A program made the position numbers and the translations under genes. Under the pieces are notes generated by a model. The model did no database searches. It was not told where the DNA came from and saw only the letters and a list, made by a program, of their open reading frames with translations. Positions 8,650-16,551 of a stretch of DNA of 32,000 bases are shown piece by piece. Position 1 is the first letter of the stretch; every line of letters starts with the position of its first letter. Source of the DNA: Candidatus Korarchaeum cryptofilum OPF8 (GTDB lineage: Archaea; Korarchaeota; Korarchaeia; Korarchaeales; Korarchaeaceae); NCBI RefSeq assembly GCF_000019605.1, contig NC_010482.1:930001-962000 (forward strand), given 5' to 3'.

Positions 8650-9609
8650 ATGCTACTCGATGTTAGGGACCTCAAGGTCAGATTCCACACGTTGAGGGGA
8701 ATTGTGAGAGCTGTTGATGGCGTGAGCTTCTCAGTAAACTACGGCGAGGTCTTAGGATTAGTGGGAGAGACTGGCAGCGGGAAAACGGTGACGGGGCTCA
8801 CTATAATGAGGTTATTGGATGAGAACGCTGAGATAGCTGGAGGAGAGGTGATCTTCGAGGGAAAGGACCTCTTGAAACTTCCGATGAGTGAGATCCTTAA
8901 GATAAGAGGGAGGGATATATCTATGATATTTCAGGAGCCGAAAGCAGCGCTCAATCCCGTCATACAAGTCGGGGATCAGGTCGCTGAAGCCTTCCTAGCT
9001 CATGAGAGTATGAGTAAAGAGGAGGCGAGGGAGAGAGTACTGGATATGTTCAGGAAAGTTGGCCTTCCCGATCCGGAGAGGATTTATAGGAGCTACCCGC
9101 ATGAATTGAGCGGAGGGATGGCTCAGAGAATAGTGATATCGATGGCTTTAGCCCTGAGACCGAAGCTAATGATAGCTGACGAGCCCACCTCTGCGCTGGA
9201 TGTCACTATCCAAGCCCAGATAATGAATCTCTTCAGGGAGCTCATCAGGGAGTTCAACACCAGCGTCATCTATATAACGCATGATTTAGCTCTAGCCGCT
9301 GAGATATCAGATAGGATAGCCGTTATGTACGCTGGGAGGATAGTTGAGGTAGCTAGGACTGAGGAACTATTCGAGAACCCCCTTCATCCATACACAGTGG
9401 GCCTCCTCAGATCGATCCCCGGATCGAAATCCTCCGGAAGTAGGCTCTTCTCCATGGAAGGGGAGATACCCTCCCTCCTCAATCCTCCTCCCGGTTGCCT
9501 CTTCCACCCCAGATGCCCGAAGAGGATGGATATATGTGATAAGGAAGTTCCGAACCTTCTAAATGTGGGAAATGATCATCTCGTCTCCTGCTTCCTCTAT
9601 GGGAGATGA
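8650..9609 (+). CDS. ABC peptide transporter ATPase (DppD/OppD-like)
   Basis: Walker A is GETGSGKT, the signature is LSGGMAQR and Walker B is [11 protein letters not shown]. The C-terminal extension has HPYT plus [21 protein letters not shown]. Confidence 0.92.
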   Translation: MLLDVRDLKVRFHTLRGIVRAVDGVSFSVNYGEVLGLVGETGSGKTVTGLTIMRLLDENAEIAGGEVIFEGKDLLKLPMSEILKIRGRDISMIFQEPKAALNPVIQVGDQVAEAFLAHESMSKEEARERVLDMFRKVGLPDPERIYRSYPHELSGGMAQRIVISMALALRPKLMIADEPTSALDVTIQAQIMNLFRELIREFNTSVIYITHDLALAAEISDRIAVMYAGRIVEVARTEELFENPLHPYTVGLLRSIPGSKSSGSRLFSMEGEIPSLLNPPPGCLFHPRCPKRMDICDKEVPNLLNVGNDHLVSCFLYGR

Positions 9610-10586
9610 TAATCATGCTCAGGCTCCAGGATATCAGGAAGTACTTCCCCGTGAGGGGAGGCGTGCTGATGAAAGTTATCGGGGAGATAAAAGCTGTGGA
9701 TGGAGTATCGATGGATATAGGGAAAGGAGAGACTTTTGGACTGGTTGGCGAGACTGGGAGCGGGAAAACAACGCTGGGAAGAGTTGTCCTCAAATTGATA
9801 GAACCTACGTCCGGGAGGATATTCTTCGATGGGAGGGATATAACTGAACTGAGGGGTAAGGAGCTCCTTCCCCTGAGGAGGGAGATGCAGATAGTCTTCC
9901 AGGATCCGTACAAGGCCCTACATCCGAAGAAGAAGGTCAAGGATATAGTCGGTGAGCCCCTGATCATCCATGAGGGGCTAAGGGGGAAGGAAGTGGAGGA
10001 GAGGGTGAGTGAGATGTTAAAGCTAGTGGGCCTGAACCCCGAGCACATGCATAGATACCCTCATGAGTTCTCAGGGGGACAGAGGCAGAGGATAGTAATA
10101 GCTAGAGCGCTCATACTCAGGCCCAAGTTCATAGTCTTGGATGAACCCACTTCAGCCCTGGACGTCAGCGTACAAGCGAAAATATTGAACTTGCTATCCG
10201 ATTTGAAGGAAAAATTTGGACTAACATACCTACTGATAAGTCATAATCTCGCTGTAGTCAGACATTTTAGTAATAGGGTTGGTGTGATGTACTTGGGCAA
10301 GTTGGTGGAAGTGGCCCCGACTGAGGAACTATTCGAGAACCCGAGGCATCCTTATACGATCGGACTGATCTCCTCCATTCCTGTCCCCGATCCCAAGTTA
10401 GTTAAATCCAGGAGGAAGCTCTTGCTTCTAGGCGAAATACCGAGCCCTATGAATCCACCATCGGGATGCAGGTTCCACACGAGGTGCCCTTACGCTAAGG
10501 AAGTATGCAGGACTGAGGAGCCAAAGATCGAGGAGATCTCTGAGGGACATTATGTGGCATGCCATCTTTGGAGAGAGTTGAGCTGA
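9606..10586 (+). CDS. ABC peptide transporter ATPase (DppF/OppF-like)
   Basis: Walker A is GETGSGKT, the signature is FSGGQRQR and Walker B is [11 protein letters not shown]. The C-terminal extension has HPYT plus [18 protein letters not shown]. An ATGA overlap with the preceding stop suggests translational coupling. Confidence 0.92.
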   Translation: MIIMLRLQDIRKYFPVRGGVLMKVIGEIKAVDGVSMDIGKGETFGLVGETGSGKTTLGRVVLKLIEPTSGRIFFDGRDITELRGKELLPLRREMQIVFQDPYKALHPKKKVKDIVGEPLIIHEGLRGKEVEERVSEMLKLVGLNPEHMHRYPHEFSGGQRQRIVIARALILRPKFIVLDEPTSALDVSVQAKILNLLSDLKEKFGLTYLLISHNLAVVRHFSNRVGVMYLGKLVEVAPTEELFENPRHPYTIGLISSIPVPDPKLVKSRRKLLLLGEIPSPMNPPSGCRFHTRCPYAKEVCRTEEPKIEEISEGHYVACHLWRELS

Positions 10587-10706
10587 CCTTGAGCGATGAG
10601 CAAAAATTGAGTTTGAAGGATTATATCGCTTTCCTAATAGCGCTTCTAACGACTCACCTCCTCCCCCTGCTATTGATGATCATAATAATGGTGCTGCTGG
10701 TCATCC

Positions 10707-11993
10707 TCATAAGCCATCTCTTCTAACTCTTTTTACCTCATTAAGGGAATCCTCAATAATCCTTATGGCCTCATCCATCTGCTCCTCTGTTATCGTTATG
10801 GGCGGGGTCAATTTGATCACGTTATGATGCCTCCCCACCTGGATGGCTAGGAGACCCCGATCGAATAAAGCCCATTTCACCATCTCAGCTACTTTCTTAG
10901 AAGGTTTGCCTTTCTCATAGAACTCTATTCCCTGAACACATCCAGTTCCTCTGGAATCGACCAGGAAGTCATATCTCTCGACGAACTCCCTGAGGGATGA
11001 GCTCAACTGCTCACCCCTCTCCTTGGCGTTCTCGATCAGATTCTCCTCCCTTATGGCCTCTATAGTTGCCAGGGAAGCTACTGCCGATAGGTAGTGCCCA
11101 GCGAAGGTCCCGAGGCTACCCCCACTGCAGAGGTACCAGTCCTCTAGGAGTCTCCCCCTGAAGGCCACGGCAGCTATGGGGAGTCCCCCGCCCATCCCCT
11201 TACCCATTACCATTATATCGGGCTCGACGCCATGGTGCTCGATCCCGAACCACTTTCCCGTCCTCCCGAAACCGGTATAGACTTCATCCACTATCAGGAG
11301 AGCCCCTGTCTCGTTCGATATCCTCCTAAGTTCTTGGAAGAACCTCGCTGGCGGAAATATTATGCCCCCATGCGATTGTAGAGGCTCCACAATTATAGCC
11401 GCGAGATCCTCTGGCTCGACAGCTCTCCCAATTATTTCCTCCTCTATGAACGAGATTGAGAGATCCACGCAATCATCGCATGGGAGGGATCTCATCTTGC
11501 AGGGGAGGCAGTTGGGGTACGGCGCATATAGAGTATCGCTGACCCTAGGGGCCACTCTCCTCATTCCCTCCGTCGGTGATGACATCAGAGCGTAACCCGT
11601 CAGACCATGATAGGCCCCGAAGAATGAGAGGATGACGCTCCTCTTCGTGACGTATTTAGCCAGCTGGATCGCGAAATCGCTCGCCTCACTTCCTGTAGTA
11701 GCGTAAGCTATTGAAGCGTCCCTGACAGGCACTATAGATTTCAGTTCCTCACCCAACCTTAAGAAGGGTTCCGTTGGAGCCAATAGACCTGAGAATCCTG
11801 TTATTTTATTCACATGCTCCTTGATGCTCTCGACTACCTTGGGATGCGCCTGACCTAAGGAGGTGGCAGCCCCGCTGAAGTCCAGGAACCTCCTCCCATC
11901 CTTCGTCCATATCTCAGCTTTGAACCCCCTATCGACTACTATGGGGAAGGAGGGCTTGCATTTGAATACAGAAGGATAATATGACTCTATCAT
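10707..11993 (-). CDS. class-III (GABA-AT/acetylornithine-AT-like) PLP aminotransferase-fold enzyme; a racemase function is not excluded
   Basis: 428 aa. It has the DEVYTGFGRTGKWFG block and the Schiff-base lysine block MVMGKGMGGGLPI. GGAGAG lies directly upstream of the ATG, which is 9 nt after the epimerase stop. Confidence 0.85.
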   Translation of the reverse strand: MIESYYPSVFKCKPSFPIVVDRGFKAEIWTKDGRRFLDFSGAATSLGQAHPKVVESIKEHVNKITGFSGLLAPTEPFLRLGEELKSIVPVRDASIAYATTGSEASDFAIQLAKYVTKRSVILSFFGAYHGLTGYALMSSPTEGMRRVAPRVSDTLYAPYPNCLPCKMRSLPCDDCVDLSISFIEEEIIGRAVEPEDLAAIIVEPLQSHGGIIFPPARFFQELRRISNETGALLIVDEVYTGFGRTGKWFGIEHHGVEPDIMVMGKGMGGGLPIAAVAFRGRLLEDWYLCSGGSLGTFAGHYLSAVASLATIEAIREENLIENAKERGEQLSSSLREFVERYDFLVDSRGTGCVQGIEFYEKGKPSKKVAEMVKWALFDRGLLAIQVGRHHNVIKLTPPITITEEQMDEAIRIIEDSLNEVKRVRRDGL

Positions 11994-12002
11994 GCTCTCT
12001 CC

Positions 12003-13136
12003 CTACAGAGGCGTAGATACCTCCTTCCCTTCCTCGAAAACTCCCCTCAGCTTTAGCATCCCCTCCTTGACCCTCAAGTTCCCTAAGCCGGGGCCCTCCG
12101 GCAGTATCCTGAAGCCCTTTTCACATTTAGCTCCTCCCTCCACGAAGTCCTCCTTCAGGGATATATCTGAGTCTAGGTCCGTTGTGACCAGATTCCTAGT
12201 GGCTGTGGCGAAGTGGACTGCTGCAGTTATGCTTATACCTCCCTCCATCATACAACCTATCATATTAGGGATCCCGGCGGCTTCGCTTATCGCTGCTATC
12301 CTCCTCGCCTCCAGGAGGCCCCCAGCCTTAGTCAACTTTATGTTTATGTAATCGGCGGCCCTCATCTTCGCGACTAAGAGAGCATCTCTGGCGGAATGGA
12401 CCGATTCATCGGCCATTATGGGGATGGGGCTCACTCTAGTAAGCTCAGCCATCCCCTCATAATCGTACCACTTCACTGGCTGTTCAGCGAGCTCCACATC
12501 ATACCTCTCCATAGATGAGAGGGCCTTCTTAGCTTGCTTAACTGTCCAGCCCTGATTAGCATCTATCCTTATCCTTATGTCCTTGCCCACCGCATCCCTT
12601 ACGGCCTTGACCCTCGCTATATCCTCCTCTAAACCTAGGCCCACTTTGAGCTTCAATATCCTGAAGCCCATCTCAACGTACTTCAGGGCATCTGAGGCCA
12701 TCTCCTCGGGCGACATTATTCCTATGGTGAAATCCGTCTCCACTCTATCTCTATAACCTCCCAGAAGATCCCTCACCCTCACGCCAAGTATCTTCCCCTT
12801 CAGGTCGAAGACAGCCATCTCGAGCGCCAGCTTCGCTGACGTGTTTCCGAGGATAGCTCCTGCTAACTTCCTCTCGATCTCCTCGACATTGAGCGGATCC
12901 TCATTGATCAATTGAGGGGCGAGGACGTTCATAGCCGATAATATGGTGTCCTCACTCTCCCCAGTCACTCTCCTAGATGGGGATGCCTCTCCCCAACCTA
13001 CATTGCCCTCATCATCTATCAGCTTAACTACGACATCAGTGCTGCTGTAGGAAGTGCCCATAGATATTGTGAAGGGCTTCTTGTAGGGGAGCTCAACAGT
13101 ATATACCTCGACTCTCCTGATGGGCATAACGAACAC
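12003..13136 (-). CDS. enolase-superfamily dipeptide epimerase (L-Ala-D/L-Glu epimerase-like)
   Basis: It has the KxK motif (ILKLKVG). The metal ligands sit in RIDANQGW, LAEQP and IMADES. The second catalytic Lys is in NIKLTKAGG, and there is a late D-x-D (TTDLDSD). ATG 13127 (MPIRRVEVY) is a likelier start than GTG 13136. Confidence 0.8.
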   Translation of the reverse strand: MFVMPIRRVEVYTVELPYKKPFTISMGTSYSSTDVVVKLIDDEGNVGWGEASPSRRVTGESEDTILSAMNVLAPQLINEDPLNVEEIERKLAGAILGNTSAKLALEMAVFDLKGKILGVRVRDLLGGYRDRVETDFTIGIMSPEEMASDALKYVEMGFRILKLKVGLGLEEDIARVKAVRDAVGKDIRIRIDANQGWTVKQAKKALSSMERYDVELAEQPVKWYDYEGMAELTRVSPIPIMADESVHSARDALLVAKMRAADYINIKLTKAGGLLEARRIAAISEAAGIPNMIGCMMEGGISITAAVHFATATRNLVTTDLDSDISLKEDFVEGGAKCEKGFRILPEGPGLGNLRVKEGMLKLRGVFEEGKEVSTPL

Positions 13137-13297
13137 TCTAGAATTAAGATTTAAGCATTGCTCGGGATCTCCTTAGGATCACTTTTTGATATTCATGCTC
13201 TCATCATGATGCGAGTTCATATATTAGCAGTGGGTCCCTCACATGATAACAATCTCCCGATTACAAGATCTGAAGATTATTACAAAAATTTGGATGT

Positions 13298-15850
13298 TTA
13301 AGGGGATTTCCCGAGTAAATGCTTGATCAATCCCCTCAGATCTATCGTCGATAGGCAGCAAGGGATCAGGAGGAGGCTGCTCACCACGAGGAGGGAGCTG
13401 AATATCATGGTGATTATATCCGAATATGCGTACAGGCCGAGGAGTAGATATAGGATCGATGCGATCATCATCAAGATCACTGCTTTAGGAACTTTCTTAC
13501 TCAATGGCTTATGTAAGAGCTGGATTATCAAGCTCAGAGGTGCTAGGTAAACCGAGCCCAGGATCATGCTGACTATAATCCCCATCAGTATGATGGAGAG
13601 CTCCCCATGGCCCAACTTTTGCACCTCAGTTCCCAAGCTCAGCGTAGCTAAGAGGGGTGAGAGCGAGTATCTAGTGAGTTCAGCTATTAATGGGTTAGAT
13701 CTCACCATTTCAGCGACCTTAGGGCTCCATGAATAGTAAAATATGTTGAAAGCAAATAGGAATCTTGATCCTGAGTAAGTAGACATCACGACCTCATCCC
13801 TGAAGTTCCTCAGGAAGGAGACCTGGGGAGAGAGTTCTGAACCGTAAGCCGCTGTTGCTATAAAGCATCTAGATTCTCCTCCTGTTATTTGGAGCTGGAA
13901 AGTGCTCGATCTCGTTATTCCCCCAGAGCTACCGGTTACGATGACTGTGAAAGTACCCTGGGTCGACCCAACCCTTATGACTAAGGAGGAGGTCCCCTCT
14001 TTGAGGGAAGGCGGGTTGAATTCAGCCCTAGCATCCGGTGGGAGGCCGGTAACGTTGAGCCCGACTGTCCCATTCCCCTGAAGCCAACTGACGGTCACAG
14101 CGACTGAGCCAGATGAACCCGTGTTTATGGATAGGTTCTCAGGGAAAACCTTAATCGAGAAATCCCTCCCACCAGAAACTATCTGATTCGCGGAAGTCGA
14201 TTGTGTCATTGAAGTGGCTCCCTGACTCTTTGAAGCCTCTAGGACATTCAAGCTGAAGGTGGAGCTCCTCATCAGACCACCTCCGGAGGCAATTATCGTG
14301 ACCGTGTAAGTCCCGGGGGAAGCTGATGATGAGGCTGAGAGGGTCATCTTCACTGTCGAGTTCGGTGGGACCCTGTTGGTATCGCTAGTTATCGATACGC
14401 CCTGAGGCAAGTTCGATGCTGTCAGAGTCACATCATCCGAGAAGCCGTAGAAACTGGAGATTGTGACCCTGAAGGAGCTCTGCTCACCGACTCTGAGGGT
14501 AACTGGTGTGTCAAGGACATCCATAATGAAAGTCGGTTCCCTCCTCGTTGTCCCAGGTCCAGCTGTGCTTCCAGTAGCTGTCGAAACCGTTCCTGTCGTA
14601 TTGGGGGGACGTATTGTTATCAGCGTCGTAGGTATTGCAGTTGTGATCGTCGTGCTCTCAGTTCCGGTGATAGGCCTACTTGTTCTCGTTAGAATCGGGA
14701 TAGGTATCGTTATCAGCTTCGTAGGTGCGAGGAGTTTGAGGACCCTGAGCGTCACGTAAGTCCGGTAAGTGAGCCCTCCCCCAGATCCCTCTATATATAT
14801 GGAGTAATCGCCCGGCGGCGTTGAGGAGCTCGTAGTTATCATTACGATTTCTGGTGTCTCGTGTATGAACTCCACTCTAGAGCCCGGGGGAGGCGGACCT
14901 ACCCCCAAGACCACATCCCCCGAGAAGCCACTAGCCCTATTTATCGATACCGCGAACTTAGCAGTCCCTCCTTGGGCTACCTGCTCGAAATTAGGTGATA
15001 CTGAGAGGGAGAAGAGGGGAGCGTAAGTTATACGGAGGGAGGGATACCAGTCTAGACGAGGAGGATCTGAATCCTTAGAGTAAAATGCTATGTTATTATG
15101 AGGGGGCCCCACATATGAATATACATCTCCTTGAACCATCTTAATGAGAAAGCCCTGGTATGATGCCATTTTGATGATTTGCCTGATATAAGGAGTGACA
15201 TCGAATTCGATGAAACTCCCTTCCCTAACTACTACGCCATCTGAATAGATATTATATGGTGAAATGATCGCATCAGCATGTCCAAGTTCTCTAGCACGCT
15301 CTAATCCCCTCTCTGAGTAGACGATCGTCTTCAAATCCATCACGGAATTGATTTCATCCAAGTTGATTTTATCAAAATTCCCATGGGTTCTCCAAGTAGT
15401 GGAGGACTCGGGGACCGGAATTAGGGTGAGGGGGTAAACTGCTAGTATGAGGTAAGTATCATCACTTATTCCGGAAGGGATTTTTGAGACGTAAAGCCTG
15501 AGCTTTGCGGATGAAAGAGTGTACCCAGAGGGTACAATTATTGATTCGGAAAATACTATGAGAGTTTCTAGATTCTTATCCATGCATTTTAATTCTCCCA
15601 CATCAGCGCAGTACGTTCCGACGAAGAGATTCGGATCCCTTCCATAATTAATATCGGGAGCGCTTTCATTTATGGTGACATCAGCGGCAGGCGATACCAC
15701 TTGAACCGGCATAGCTGGCACAGTGGGGTGAGCTGACGTAGTGGTGCTGAGAGGACTTTCCATCGAGTTGAGATCTATCTGGGAGGCGATCCCCAGAATA
15801 TAAGGAATTAGGAGAAGGAGCAGAAGGGGAATCGAGGGGCCTCTTATCAT
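13298..15850 (-). CDS. large modular cell-surface protein: signal peptide, DNRLRE-like domain, three Ig-like repeats, Thr-rich linker, CFIATAAYGS box and a C-terminal multi-TM anchor
   Basis: The signal peptide is MIRGPSIPLLLLLLIPYILGIA. The N-terminal domain (ADVTINESAPDINYG...LRLYV...TTWRT...IAFYSKDSDPPRLDWYPSLRITY) resembles the DNRLRE/CBM96-type module. Three roughly 90-aa repeats each end in GSGGG-[LI]-x-R-x-S/T-x-x-L-x-V. A Thr-rich spacer lies between repeats 1 and 2. The CFIATAAYGSELSPQVSFLRNFRD box is followed by about three TM helices. A T5 run lies downstream of the stop (about 13279-13283). Confidence 0.8.
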   Translation of the reverse strand: MIRGPSIPLLLLLLIPYILGIASQIDLNSMESPLSTTTSAHPTVPAMPVQVVSPAADVTINESAPDINYGRDPNLFVGTYCADVGELKCMDKNLETLIVFSESIIVPSGYTLSSAKLRLYVSKIPSGISDDTYLILAVYPLTLIPVPESSTTWRTHGNFDKINLDEINSVMDLKTIVYSERGLERARELGHADAIISPYNIYSDGVVVREGSFIEFDVTPYIRQIIKMASYQGFLIKMVQGDVYSYVGPPHNNIAFYSKDSDPPRLDWYPSLRITYAPLFSLSVSPNFEQVAQGGTAKFAVSINRASGFSGDVVLGVGPPPPGSRVEFIHETPEIVMITTSSSTPPGDYSIYIEGSGGGLTYRTYVTLRVLKLLAPTKLITIPIPILTRTSRPITGTESTTITTAIPTTLITIRPPNTTGTVSTATGSTAGPGTTRREPTFIMDVLDTPVTLRVGEQSSFRVTISSFYGFSDDVTLTASNLPQGVSITSDTNRVPPNSTVKMTLSASSSASPGTYTVTIIASGGGLMRSSTFSLNVLEASKSQGATSMTQSTSANQIVSGGRDFSIKVFPENLSINTGSSGSVAVTVSWLQGNGTVGLNVTGLPPDARAEFNPPSLKEGTSSLVIRVGSTQGTFTVIVTGSSGGITRSSTFQLQITGGESRCFIATAAYGSELSPQVSFLRNFRDEVVMSTYSGSRFLFAFNIFYYSWSPKVAEMVRSNPLIAELTRYSLSPLLATLSLGTEVQKLGHGELSIILMGIIVSMILGSVYLAPLSLIIQLLHKPLSKKVPKAVILMMIASILYLLLGLYAYSDIITMIFSSLLVVSSLLLIPCCLSTIDLRGLIKHLLGKSP

Positions 15851-15974
15851 TATATCATTTATAACTATTCATGAACTCTATATAAGCTTTTCTGATGAAA
15901 ACTTAATGAACTATTAATTGTAAATTCTTATAATTTGATGACGATTATTTTAAATAAATTTAATGATGGGGAGA

Positions 15975-16520
15975 TCAGCCCCAGCTAGATCTCCTCAAAT
16001 TCCTCAGGGCATCGGTGAACCATACTAGGGAAGCGAGCACTGATATCATCTCCGGTACGGCAGCGCCGCACTTCCAGATCCCTGACATATTCAGGGCCCA
16101 GGAGATTCCTATTATCAGGGTCACTAAGATAGGATAGCTCTTCTTGGATTCGTAACTGAAAGCTAGTGCTGCGAATGCGAGCATTATGAAGAATATCAAG
16201 CTCACCAAGAAATGGAGGAAGCCGTAGATCTCATCGAAAGTCCCTATCAATATCAGGAAGTAGGACGCTATTATCATGAGCTTAGATGTGAGAGGGTACT
16301 TCCCGTGCATGTACATTATGGAGAAGATCATGAAGAGGAGGCCCCCGGTAACGAGGCCTATGTTGAAGATAGGGGCCACTCCGCTCCTCGAAGCATGCCC
16401 TAGATCGCTCAAAGCATTCTCCTCCCATCTGAACCATGGTGAGAGGTATATAGAGAGGAATATTGAGAATAGTGGGACTATTATCGCTAAAGCACCCAGA
16501 AGCGTAGCTCCCCGCTTCAT
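15975..16520 (-). CDS. multi-pass membrane protein, DUF998-like
   Basis: 181 aa with 5-6 hydrophobic helices. The W...LSDLG...APIFNIGLVTGG block matches my memory of DUF998. TTTTTTATTTAT lies about 25 nt upstream of the ATG (minus strand). Confidence 0.55.
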   Translation of the reverse strand: MKRGATLLGALAIIVPLFSIFLSIYLSPWFRWEENALSDLGHASRSGVAPIFNIGLVTGGLLFMIFSIMYMHGKYPLTSKLMIIASYFLILIGTFDEIYGFLHFLVSLIFFIMLAFAALAFSYESKKSYPILVTLIIGISWALNMSGIWKCGAAVPEMISVLASLVWFTDALRNLRRSSWG

Positions 16521-16551
16521 ACGCTGATAGCCCGAGGATAAATAAAAAATG

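Noticed and set aside
9479-10048. 189-aa minus-strand ORF spanning the junction of the two ABC ATPase genes
   Set aside because: It lies entirely antisense to two genes with unmistakable Walker A/B and signature motifs. Its product is low-complexity (Ser/Pro/Ile-rich) with no recognisable motif. It is a typical shadow ORF.
11992-12351. 119-aa plus-strand ORF
   Set aside because: It is antisense to the 3' part of the enolase-superfamily epimerase gene, which has all its catalytic motifs. The product is Pro/Ser-rich and low in complexity.
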